From Patescibacteria group bacterium (GTDB lineage: Bacteria; Patescibacteriota; Microgenomatia; UBA1400; MFAQ01), in contig CALRDV010000004.1 in NCBI GenBank assembly GCA_943355005.1, forward strand, positions 7,898 to 71,897: 64,000 nucleotides of DNA. Direction: 5' to 3'. Positions within the stretch are counted from its first letter, which is position 1. Each line of letters begins with the position of its first letter. The notes beneath the pieces are model-generated. The model ran no database searches, had not been told where the DNA came from, and was given only the letters and a program-made list of their open reading frames with translations. Shown here one piece after another: positions 48,769-57,450 of this stretch. The position numbers were made by a program, and so were the translations under genes.

Positions 48769-49643
48769 ACAATGAAGCTGTCTTCCGTATCCTCTACTTC
48801 GGGAATTACTTCTCTATCGAGAATATAAGTATCCCGATGACCCATCTCCCCCACACGCTCCCCTTCTCCTCTGATAATGGCTTCGATAGGGCGACACTGG
48901 TAGCAGCCATCTCTGCCATTTGGGCACTCGAATTTTTCCAACTTGCGGGCTAACTTAATCTTCCGACCAATATCAAGAACCTGAGTATTGGCCTCTTCCA
49001 TATCAGGTAGTTCTTTTTCTTTGGGTAGGTCGGAAAAGTCCAAATACCAATAGCTGGCTCCGGAGATTTTTCTTTTCTGACAATTGCTGACCAACAGGAG
49101 ATAAATGGGTAGCTGAAGTGAGGAAGAGGTTTCTTCCTTTTTACTGGTTTTGAAGTCCAATATATGAACACTGTCTGTGTCTTTAAAATACTCGAGCCAG
49201 TCGACTTTGCCACAAAGGATAATATTCTCATCTTCGGACAGCCAATAGTAAGGTAAACTTTCTTTAATTTTTACGGCAAAATTTAGTAAGGGACCCGGAT
49301 GGTCCATAACTCTTCTGAGCATGGCTTTACCTCTTTCTTTGTATTTATGCTCTTCATCTAAATCTTTGAAGCCACCTTTCTTGCCCGAGTACTTATCCCA
49401 GAGCGCGTCAAATTTAAGGACCAAAGATTCTTTGAAGCGAACATCGGTAGGAATAATAGAAAGAGATTCGATAACTTCGTGGACAGCAGAACCCAGCGCT
49501 AGGGCTGGAGAAACAATTTGAACTTTGTTTCCGGTAGCTCTATCCTTGTAAATATTTTTTAGATAGTATGCCCTGGGGCATTGGAGGTAATCACTAATTG
49601 AAGTATGAGAAACCCAAACAGCAGAGTATTTATCTTTTGGCAT
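48765..49643 (-). CDS. PD-(D/E)XK nuclease (AddB/RecB-like)
   Basis: S.TSI..YLQCPRAYY, GSAVH, GKVDW, LDFKT, QL.IY, C...C..C. Confidence 0.88.
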   Translation of the reverse strand: MPKDKYSAVWVSHTSISDYLQCPRAYYLKNIYKDRATGNKVQIVSPALALGSAVHEVIESLSIIPTDVRFKESLVLKFDALWDKYSGKKGGFKDLDEEHKYKERGKAMLRRVMDHPGPLLNFAVKIKESLPYYWLSEDENIILCGKVDWLEYFKDTDSVHILDFKTSKKEETSSSLQLPIYLLLVSNCQKRKISGASYWYLDFSDLPKEKELPDMEEANTQVLDIGRKIKLARKLEKFECPNGRDGCYQCRPIEAIIRGEGERVGEMGHRDTYILDREVIPEVEDTEDSFIV

Positions 49644-50286
49644 TTTTATCGTTTCTTTTGTTTAGCCCGATTGTAAATAGAAGAATCAGAGCACCCAGAA
49701 CATACCCACCGACAGTATCACTAGCCCAATGAGCACCGAGATAGATTCTAGAGAGTCCGATGGTGAGAATCAAGAAGGAAGAGCTGAGAATAATAATATT
49801 TTTTAACCAATAGTTTTTTATATTGTGGAATGCCAGGTAAATTATGTAACCAAAAATAACAGTAAAAAGGATAACATGTAGACTAGGAAAACTTTTGTCT
49901 TTAAGAAGTTCCTGAATGGTTACCAGGTCGGAACCGGGGCGGGGTCTGCCAATAATTTTCTTCATATAACTTCCCACAAAGGCGGCAATCAAAGGTGAGG
50001 CTGTAATACTAAAAGCACCAATCGTGTTACCCGTATAGAACAAAATTAGAGCAAGAGAACCTACAATTAGCTCTAGTTTGAAACCATCACCAATTTCACT
50101 GACAAAATTCATAACAAATGAGAATGTAGGGTTTTGAAAGCTTTGAAGATAACGACTGAACCTCAGATCTAAGTCAAAGAATGCATTGCTATATGCGCTA
50201 ATTGCCAATATAAGGAAAATTAAGATAAGCCCAAAAGTGGCAAAAAATAAATTATGGTTATGCTTGGTAATATTTGGGTTTTTCAT
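49630..50286 (-). CDS. PAP2-family phosphatase
   Basis: KKIIGRPRP, SFPS.H, SRIYLGAHWASD. Confidence 0.92.
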   Translation of the reverse strand: MKNPNITKHNHNLFFATFGLILIFLILAISAYSNAFFDLDLRFSRYLQSFQNPTFSFVMNFVSEIGDGFKLELIVGSLALILFYTGNTIGAFSITASPLIAAFVGSYMKKIIGRPRPGSDLVTIQELLKDKSFPSLHVILFTVIFGYIIYLAFHNIKNYWLKNIIILSSSFLILTIGLSRIYLGAHWASDTVGGYVLGALILLFTIGLNKRNDKNAKR

Positions 50287-50325
50287 GCCTTACTATTATC
50301 ATAATCGATGTTAAACTGTTTAAGC

Positions 50326-51507
50326 ATGAAGAATTCAGGAATCTCTTTTAAAGTTGTCATTTTGGGGATTGTAAGCCTTCTAAACGATATTTCTTCGGAG
50401 ATGGTTTTTCCCGTTGTACCCATTTTTCTAATTTCGGTCCTTGGGGCTCCTGCACTGGTCGTCGGCTTTATAGAGGGATTGGCTGATGCCATTTCAAGAT
50501 TTTTGATGGCCTTTAGCGGTGTTTTGTCCGACAGGTCGCAGAAGAGAAAACCGTATGTCGTCTGGGGGTATAGCTTTGCCACGGTATCTCATCTAATGAT
50601 GTCGCTAGCCTATACGTGGCCACTTGTCTTGTTTGCCAGGGTAATTCACAGAACCGGAAAAGGAATTAGGACTTCTGCTCGTGATGCTTTGATTACAGAG
50701 ATTGCTGAAAAAGAACAGCGTGGACGAAACTTTGGATTTCACCGAACCATGGACTCACTCGGAGCCGTAATTGGACCTCTACTTTCAATAGCCCTCTTGA
50801 AGCTTCTACATGATAATTATCGTCAATTATTTTTGATTGCGTTCATTCCTTCCCTCATTGGAGTTTTACTAATTATATTTTTTATCAATGAAAAGAAAAA
50901 AACTCCGCTTGGTGTCGATGGTTTAAAATTTGAATGGGCAAAAACTAACGCTTCGTACAAAATTTTCTTATTTATAAGTTTTGTATTCGCTGTTGGAAAC
51001 AGTTCAAATGCGTTTATGATTCTTCGAGCGCAAGACCTAGGACTTTCGATAGGGCTCACATTGATTACCTATGTTTTATATAACATTGCCATGTCCATTT
51101 TTTCACTTCCTGCCGGCATTTTGGCAGATAAAATCGGGGCAAGAAAAATTTTGTTTATTGGTTTTCTAATTTTCTCCCTTGTTTACTTCGTTTTTGGATT
51201 CATTGACTCACCAGTGTGGATTTGGGTTCTGTTTCCGATTTACGGCATCTACATGGCCCTAACTGATGGTGTTAGCAACGCTTACATCTCCAAACTTGTT
51301 CCCCATGAAATTTCTGCTTCGGCTTTTGGAATTTATCACACGTTAATGGGGATAGCTACATTCTTGGCTTCTACCATCGCAGGAGCCTTGTGGACAATGG
51401 TAGGCGCTAGAAGCCCATTCTATTTTGGAGGAGCAATGGCTCTGATAGCTGCTTTACTTTTCCTTGTATTAACCAAAAGAATTAAAGAGGTTCAACCTGT
51501 TGCCTGA
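50326..51507 (+). CDS. MFS transporter
   Basis: About 12 TM helices, G.LSDR..KRK, RTGKGIR..ARD. Confidence 0.92.
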   Translation: MKNSGISFKVVILGIVSLLNDISSEMVFPVVPIFLISVLGAPALVVGFIEGLADAISRFLMAFSGVLSDRSQKRKPYVVWGYSFATVSHLMMSLAYTWPLVLFARVIHRTGKGIRTSARDALITEIAEKEQRGRNFGFHRTMDSLGAVIGPLLSIALLKLLHDNYRQLFLIAFIPSLIGVLLIIFFINEKKKTPLGVDGLKFEWAKTNASYKIFLFISFVFAVGNSSNAFMILRAQDLGLSIGLTLITYVLYNIAMSIFSLPAGILADKIGARKILFIGFLIFSLVYFVFGFIDSPVWIWVLFPIYGIYMALTDGVSNAYISKLVPHEISASAFGIYHTLMGIATFLASTIAGALWTMVGARSPFYFGGAMALIAALLFLVLTKRIKEVQPVA

Positions 51508-51562
51508 GGGTTACAGGAATGTATGACTATTAATTATAATTTATTGTAGATACTATTAACTT

Positions 51563-52714
51563 ATGGACGTATCACCCACAACAGAACCTATTAATCCGGT
51601 ACCGCAATTTGAAGTGACTCCCCAACCAGTTCAAATTATTCCGACTCAAAACATCCAGCCTCTTAATTCTCCTTCAGAATTCCATACAAAATTAAGAAGT
51701 TATTCTCTGATAATTAGTGTTATTGGAGTTTTTATAATCATCTTCATCGCGGTTATTTACTTAATCTCTCCCAAGAAATTAGCGGAGACCACTGTAGCTT
51801 CACTACCTTCACCCACTCCACTTATTACTACACCTATTACAAACACCCCCACCATTCAAATTACCAACTTTTTATCACCTACCCCCACATCTACGCCAAC
51901 AGAGTGCAACTCGCCTTTGGCACCGCTAAATGTCAGACCTTATGTAAGGTGTTACTATCGACAAATTAAAATTGACCAACTTGAAGCTCAGGCGGTAGAA
52001 AATAGAATTAGTCAAACGGTTGGTAGCCTGACCATTCCCATAAGTTTGGTTTTTGAACACTCTGAAGTTTATAAGGGAATCCCCATAAAATGGACAAAAA
52101 ATCAGCCGTTAACCCCAGACGTCTTAACTTGGCTCAAGGCTGGCATCGACATCTTACCTAACTATTTTAATATTGACCATCCCGTTGCAGCGATAATTTC
52201 AGCTACTGATGAGGAATTGGAGTCGAAGTCAATAATCAAACCAGGACCAGACACTATGGCATATGCAAGTGGTTTAAATATATTTATTACCGCAACAACT
52301 GCAAAAGGTGGATCAACGTATTACCCCGTAGACAAGACATCTATTATAAATATCCTATTTCATGAATGGGTGCATGTAGTCCAGTACTACGAAGCACTTG
52401 AGACTTTTACCGAAGAATATTTAGCTAAAGGTAGGTTGGTCGAAGCAATGGCCACAGGTCCTCTGGAGAAAGGTTTTGCAAAAGAAGTTGGGTGGGTATA
52501 CAACAGTGATGAGTTCGGCGACGGAATAATAGCAAAACTTAAAGCTGATAGCGAATCCCAAAAAACGACTGATTATGGAAAAACCAAGGTTAGAGAAGAT
52601 ATGGCGGAATCAGGAGCACTGTTTATGGTTTGTAAATCAAATCTAATATCTGAAGCTCGGATTCTGTGGTGGGAAAAGACTACCGGTGAAAGTCGTACTA
52701 AATTTTGTCACTAG
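51563..52714 (+). CDS. Membrane-anchored zinc metallopeptidase-like protein
   Basis: TM helix, PT linker, FHEWVH, downstream YG...EDMAES. Confidence 0.7.
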   Translation: MDVSPTTEPINPVPQFEVTPQPVQIIPTQNIQPLNSPSEFHTKLRSYSLIISVIGVFIIIFIAVIYLISPKKLAETTVASLPSPTPLITTPITNTPTIQITNFLSPTPTSTPTECNSPLAPLNVRPYVRCYYRQIKIDQLEAQAVENRISQTVGSLTIPISLVFEHSEVYKGIPIKWTKNQPLTPDVLTWLKAGIDILPNYFNIDHPVAAIISATDEELESKSIIKPGPDTMAYASGLNIFITATTAKGGSTYYPVDKTSIINILFHEWVHVVQYYEALETFTEEYLAKGRLVEAMATGPLEKGFAKEVGWVYNSDEFGDGIIAKLKADSESQKTTDYGKTKVREDMAESGALFMVCKSNLISEARILWWEKTTGESRTKFCH

Positions 52715-52734
52715 TCTCTATGGGGTCGAGAAAA

Positions 52735-54042
52735 TTAAAGAGAATCAACCTGTTGCCTAAGTCGCCTCAAAAAATCAATAACTCTGGCGTCCATAATAAT
52801 GCTTTCTTCGCTGATGGGTCTAATAAGCTTTAAACCCGATAAAGTAGTGCATCTACTGAGAGCGACGTAAGTTTGCCCGTGGGCAAAGGCTCCCCTGCCG
52901 AGATCGATGGCGACTTTTTCAAAGGTTTTTCCTTGGCTCTTGTGGATGGTGATGGCCCAGGCCAAGCGGATGGGCATTTGGTTGTAGCTTCCCACCTCAT
53001 TTGTTTCGAGGGCTGCTTTCTCAGGATTAAATACAGTTTTGAAAGATTTCCAGGTCACTGGTTCGATTCTCTCAAGCTCTCCCCCATCAATTTTGACGAA
53101 AACTACATCTGACTGAGCTCTAAATAAGGTGCCAACCGTGCCATTGATCCAGCGACCTTGTGGATCATTGTTTAAGAGCATGACTCTGGCGCCTGTCTTA
53201 AGAACGATAAGTTCGGCAGCGGGAGCTTGACCCTCGGAAAAATCACCGGACCTGATAGCTCGGAAAGAAAAGGTAGGTCCTTCGATTTGATCTAGCCTCG
53301 TCTGATTTATTTTGTCGGCTTGGTCGTTTATCGCCGTGAGGATAATATAGTCTTCGATAAAATCCCCTTCTCCCACAACTTGATTATTTAGCTTTTCGAT
53401 ATCTTTTACCGTGGTTTCTTTGTTTCTAATTTTGTTCAAAAGTTCAACAAAATTCTTTTCTTTTTGGCGGTAAATCTTATCCAACTCGATAAACTTCAAC
53501 TGAGAATATAGCCCTCCAAAGAGGTCATTAAAAACTCTGGAGGAAAAAAAGTATGGCGTTTCGTACATAGCCGCCAAAGCGTCCTTTTCTACGTAGGTTA
53601 CCACAGGGGGAAGCTGATGAAGATCACCAACCATGATAATCCTTACACCTCCAAAAGGAATATCTCTCTTCCTTGCAGACCGCAAAAATGCGTCAATACT
53701 GTCAAACAAGTCTGCTCGAACCATAGAGATTTCGTCGATAACCAAGATATCTAAGGTGTTGTAAATTTTTGATTTTTTCGTCCGTTTGGCATCCAGTGTT
53801 GCTTTGTCCGGAGTAATGTTTGGTGCAAAACCAAAAAATGAATGAATCGTTTCACCTCTGACATTTACTGCTGCAACCCCTGTAGGTGCAATAACGGCGA
53901 TATTTTTCATCGTAGAGTTTCTAAAATGATCAAGCAGAGTGGACTTCCCCGTGCCGGCGTTGCCGGTCAAAAAAATGTGTTCTTGGCCATTCTCCATTAT
54001 TTCCAAAACGGCTTTGGATTTTTCATCAAAAGTTAATGACAT
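52735..54042 (-). CDS. Pif1/RecD-like SF1B helicase
   Basis: TGNAGTGKS, APTGVAA, IDEISM, GDLHQLPPV, AITIHKSQG, YVALSR. Confidence 0.92.
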   Translation of the reverse strand: MSLTFDEKSKAVLEIMENGQEHIFLTGNAGTGKSTLLDHFRNSTMKNIAVIAPTGVAAVNVRGETIHSFFGFAPNITPDKATLDAKRTKKSKIYNTLDILVIDEISMVRADLFDSIDAFLRSARKRDIPFGGVRIIMVGDLHQLPPVVTYVEKDALAAMYETPYFFSSRVFNDLFGGLYSQLKFIELDKIYRQKEKNFVELLNKIRNKETTVKDIEKLNNQVVGEGDFIEDYIILTAINDQADKINQTRLDQIEGPTFSFRAIRSGDFSEGQAPAAELIVLKTGARVMLLNNDPQGRWINGTVGTLFRAQSDVVFVKIDGGELERIEPVTWKSFKTVFNPEKAALETNEVGSYNQMPIRLAWAITIHKSQGKTFEKVAIDLGRGAFAHGQTYVALSRCTTLSGLKLIRPISEESIIMDARVIDFLRRLRQQVDSL

Positions 54043-54044
54043 GT

Positions 54045-54746
54045 TTATATCGAAAGTAATAAATGATTCCGGTGTAGCCAGCGCCGGTGTTCTTTGTATC
54101 TGGGGTCAAACTTGGCTACCAAACCCCAAAAATGACTACTGTGATTCCGGTGAACCATGTGGCAAACCTCATGAATCACCACATAATTAACTATCTCATG
54201 TGGAGCCATAATTAGCTTGCGATTGAAGCACAGTTTATTATCCGGAGAACAACTTCCCCAGATGGAAGAAACTTTCTTTATATCTATGCGACTATAATCG
54301 ACACCGATTTGCTCACTATAATAATTTACTTTCTCGGTGATAACCAAAATTCCGGTTTCCAGATACCATCGTAGCATGCCATCTTTCAGCTCCGTAATTC
54401 TCTTTGGGCCCACATACCCCTTGTATACAGAAGCGGTAAGGATTTCTTCGTTGATTTCCACTCTAGTTCTACCGGGGGTATCTGACTCAATAATATTCAG
54501 GGGGTATTCCCGACCAAAGAAAAGGTGCTTTTCTCCATGCTCGTATTTTTTTTCTTCTGGTCTAGGTGACCTGACGGATAGATGCTTCATTATCCAATCT
54601 GATTTTTCCTCTACAAATTTTTTGATGGCAAAGGCTGGTAGCCAAAAAGGTGCTCTGACTGTGACTCCCCTTTCCGGGTGCACACTAATTGTGGCTCCGG
54701 AAGCAATCCGTTTCGATCTAATTACTTTATATTCAAATGGAGGCAC
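54045..54746 (-). CDS. YgjP/SprT-like (DUF45) metal-dependent hydrolase
   Basis: WGSCS, YVVIHEVCH, NHS..FW. Confidence 0.88.
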   Translation of the reverse strand: MPPFEYKVIRSKRIASGATISVHPERGVTVRAPFWLPAFAIKKFVEEKSDWIMKHLSVRSPRPEEKKYEHGEKHLFFGREYPLNIIESDTPGRTRVEINEEILTASVYKGYVGPKRITELKDGMLRWYLETGILVITEKVNYYSEQIGVDYSRIDIKKVSSIWGSCSPDNKLCFNRKLIMAPHEIVNYVVIHEVCHMVHRNHSSHFWGLVAKFDPRYKEHRRWLHRNHLLLSI

Positions 54747-54773
54747 GCCGACTATTGTAAACTAAATTCAACT

Positions 54774-55358
54774 TCAGAGTATTTCCAAGGAGTAAATAAT
54801 GGAGTCGGAAAGGGCAACCAGACTCTTGTCGGTGGAATCTTTGATAATGAGGTAACTTTTTTCTCTGGGGACGTAATAATAGGTTATTTCCTGACCGTCC
54901 TCTATGGTCGTAAAGGTAACTCCTGTGATTTCGCCTATGGAAATGGGTGAAATTGAATCAATCAGCTTAAAGCTGTCCCCCATTTTGGTAATTTTGGAAT
55001 TAATGTTTGACTCCGCTAGAGTATTCACTGTATCCTTGTCGTTTAAATTTTCAAGAGAAATATTAATTTTCAATAGATCTCCAAAAAGAGTTAAGGATCG
55101 ATTAATTTCTTTTTTTGGATTGATGCCACTAGGAAACTTAATCCTAATTTCCAGAGTTGAATCCTCATAAGATTTCCATGCCGAGGTGTCTGAAAGAAGT
55201 GTGGTTGAGGCTCCTAGAGTTTCCGGAGTTGACGCTGATTCTGTAGCGGAGTTTAATGAAATTTCGTTTTTTGGAGGAACTACGGGGATTTTATTCCAAT
55301 AAGTACTTAGTCCGTATATGGATATGACCACTAAAAGCAAAATTGCTTTGAGCATATG
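54774..55358 (-). CDS. Exported hypothetical protein (PsbP-like)
   Basis: N-terminal TM, WKSY.D...IKFP. Confidence 0.55.
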   Translation of the reverse strand, partial: HMLKAILLLVVISIYGLSTYWNKIPVVPPKNEISLNSATESASTPETLGASTTLLSDTSAWKSYEDSTLEIRIKFPSGINPKKEINRSLTLFGDLLKINISLENLNDKDTVNTLAESNINSKITKMGDSFKLIDSISPISIGEITGVTFTTIEDGQEITYYYVPREKSYLIIKDSTDKSLVALSDSIIYSLEIL

Positions 55359-55429
55359 ATAACAATATCTTATCCTACTTAGGATATTTTTTCTCAAATT
55401 CGTTATTTTACAGGGCAGCGGAGTGTAAA

Positions 55430-55503
55430 TGGAGCGGGATAGGGGAATCGGACCCCCTTCTCATCCTTGGGAAGGATGCATTCTACCGGTGAACTAATCC
55501 CGC
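55430..55503 (-). tRNA. tRNA-Gly (CCC)
   Basis: GCGGGAT/ATCCCGC acceptor stem, CATCC-TTCCCAA-GGATG anticodon arm, encoded CCA. Confidence 0.92.
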
Positions 55504-55522
55504 GATGGCTTATTTTATGCTA

Positions 55523-55658
55523 GGTGGAGTGAGATTGCCACAGCTCGAGTACGAGATTCGCAATGACGGTCTTTGTCATTCCTGCGCAGGCAGGAATCCA
55601 TTCAATTATTCCGAATTCTGTATTTATTTGATGGATTCCGGGTCAAGCCCGGAATGAC
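55523..55658. repeat. REP-like repeat cluster
   Basis: GATTGCCACAGCTCGAGTACGAGATTCGCAATGAC; GTCATTCCTGCGCAGGCAGGAATCCA; GGATTCCGGGTCAAGCCCGGAATGAC. Confidence 0.8.
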
Positions 55659-55700
55659 AAGGTTGATGAATGAGTGGTTAAGATGTATTAGAATAGAGGC

Positions 55701-56390
55701 ATGGCAGGCAGATACCGAAATAACCAAGAAAGTAGCAGATCAAGATTTTATATCCTTCTTTCCGTAGTTTTTGTATTTGTGGTGATTAAATGGGGAATCC
55801 CCTTTTTTGTAAATGTATTAGCCGGAGACGGTTCTCCCAGAATCAGTCAAGAAAAAGATGTAATCCCTCCTCAAGTCCCTATCTTGTCGGCATTACCGGA
55901 AGCTACCAACAGTGCTTCTCTACAGATAGAAGGCTATACCGAGCCGGGGGCGGCCTTGGACTTTCTCATAAACGACAAAATTTCTATTACAGACAAAGCA
56001 AATTCAGACGGTTCTTTCTCTAAAATTGCTACTCTAGACACAGGCTCTAATAGAGTTCAAGTGAGAGCGGCCGACGAAGCAGGCAATATCAACATTTCCG
56101 AAGTTAAGCTGGTAATTTTCGACAATAAACCACTTGATCTGACAATCACTTCACCAAAAGATGGCACAGAATTGTTTGGAAAAAACAATCAGGTCGTGGA
56201 TATCCAAGGAGAAACAAGTAAACCGGAAAGCCAAGTAATCATCAATAGTTCTTTCGTAATTGTAGGAAAAGATGGTAGTTTCGTTCACAGACTACAGCTT
56301 CAGAATGGCAGTAATGAAATAAAAGTAGTCGCTTCAGATAAAGCGGGAAATTCCGCAGAGACGAAGCTTACTCTTGTGTATACCCCTTAA
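55701..56390 (+). CDS. Membrane-anchored tandem Ig-like domain protein
   Basis: Two G.TE...DGSF...L..GSN.I.V.A.D.AGN repeats. Confidence 0.85.
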   Translation: MAGRYRNNQESSRSRFYILLSVVFVFVVIKWGIPFFVNVLAGDGSPRISQEKDVIPPQVPILSALPEATNSASLQIEGYTEPGAALDFLINDKISITDKANSDGSFSKIATLDTGSNRVQVRAADEAGNINISEVKLVIFDNKPLDLTITSPKDGTELFGKNNQVVDIQGETSKPESQVIINSSFVIVGKDGSFVHRLQLQNGSNEIKVVASDKAGNSAETKLTLVYTP

Positions 56391-57450
56391 CAGGAAGGGC
56401 CAGAACTAGCCAGAAAGTAAAATTGAGCCAGATGTAGAAGAAGCTGTTGTTGAAGAAACTGTGAAAAAGTATCGTGAACATAAATATCTTGATGGGCAAA
56501 GAGATCTCAGCCAGAGCCTTCTTTATCAATACGAAGAAAGTGATTAATCCTGCCAACCCCGTAGTGGCAGCAATAGCAATATAACTATTGTCTATCTGGA
56601 ATCTATCTCCGGTAATGTTCCTTAAGGTGTTATAACCCCAGCCGAACAGTGGCCTTTGGATAAATAATTCGAGCCCTGTTCTCCAGCTGTCAAAACGGGA
56701 AAAAATTGAAAAAGTTCTTAGTAAATTAACCCCTTCTCCAAAAGGCTTAGGAATAATCCAAATAAGTAAACCTAAACCTAAGAGAAATAAGGTTAGAGAG
56801 TATTTTTTATTTACGATTAACAAATAAACAATACCCAAAAGGAAACAGAGGTAGGATGCTCGAGAAAAGGTCAGAGCCAAAAGAATTATTAACGGCAAAC
56901 TAGCCAACCAACTCCCCAAAGAAATAAATGACAGAGCGCTTGCCGCCAGAATTGCCCCGGTGAAGTTTGGATCGTAAAGAGAGCCAATCAAACGAAAATA
57001 GTGATCATCAAAGCCGATCAGTTTCAAATATCTCATGTCCGGGAATAATAAATATTGAAGAGCACCAAGGAGACAAAAAATTGCCAAGGAAATTAGAGCC
57101 GGTTTTAATATATTTTTTTTGGAGTTTAATTTGGCGGCGAAGTAAACTGATGGGTAGGCAAACAATCTACCCAAATAGAGGAGGGGATAGATAATTCCCC
57201 CGCTTTGAAGATTTTTCAGATTAAACACCAAAGAAAGCAGAGCAACTCCTAGAAACCAAGCCAAGGGCATAAATAACTTATCAGTATAGATTTTGGCGTG
57301 GTTCTTTCTTCCTACAATAAGTGAAACGGTAAGCAGACCAAGGACGATATCCAAGAGGTAAACATTGCCAATGGAGCCGGGAATTGAAAAAGCAAGTAGT
57401 TGCCCAAATGGCCAGACAAAAATGGAAAGAATTAATAATAAATAAGTCAT
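56368..57450 (-). CDS. O-antigen ligase/polymerase family protein
   Basis: Multi-TM, RLIGSLYDPNF, LTFSRAS, PLFGWGY, DNSY. Confidence 0.85.
   Translation of the reverse strand: MTYLLLILSIFVWPFGQLLAFSIPGSIGNVYLLDIVLGLLTVSLIVGRKNHAKIYTDKLFMPLAWFLGVALLSLVFNLKNLQSGGIIYPLLYLGRLFAYPSVYFAAKLNSKKNILKPALISLAIFCLLGALQYLLFPDMRYLKLIGFDDHYFRLIGSLYDPNFTGAILAASALSFISLGSWLASLPLIILLALTFSRASYLCFLLGIVYLLIVNKKYSLTLFLLGLGLLIWIIPKPFGEGVNLLRTFSIFSRFDSWRTGLELFIQRPLFGWGYNTLRNITGDRFQIDNSYIAIAATTGLAGLITFFVLIKKALAEISLPIKIFMFTILFHSFFNNSFFYIWLNFTFWLVLALPVKGYTQE

Noticed and set aside
55380-55430. Structured element downstream of tRNA-Gly
   Set aside because: No T-arm inverted copy or GGTCC core found; this tRNA lacks the element.
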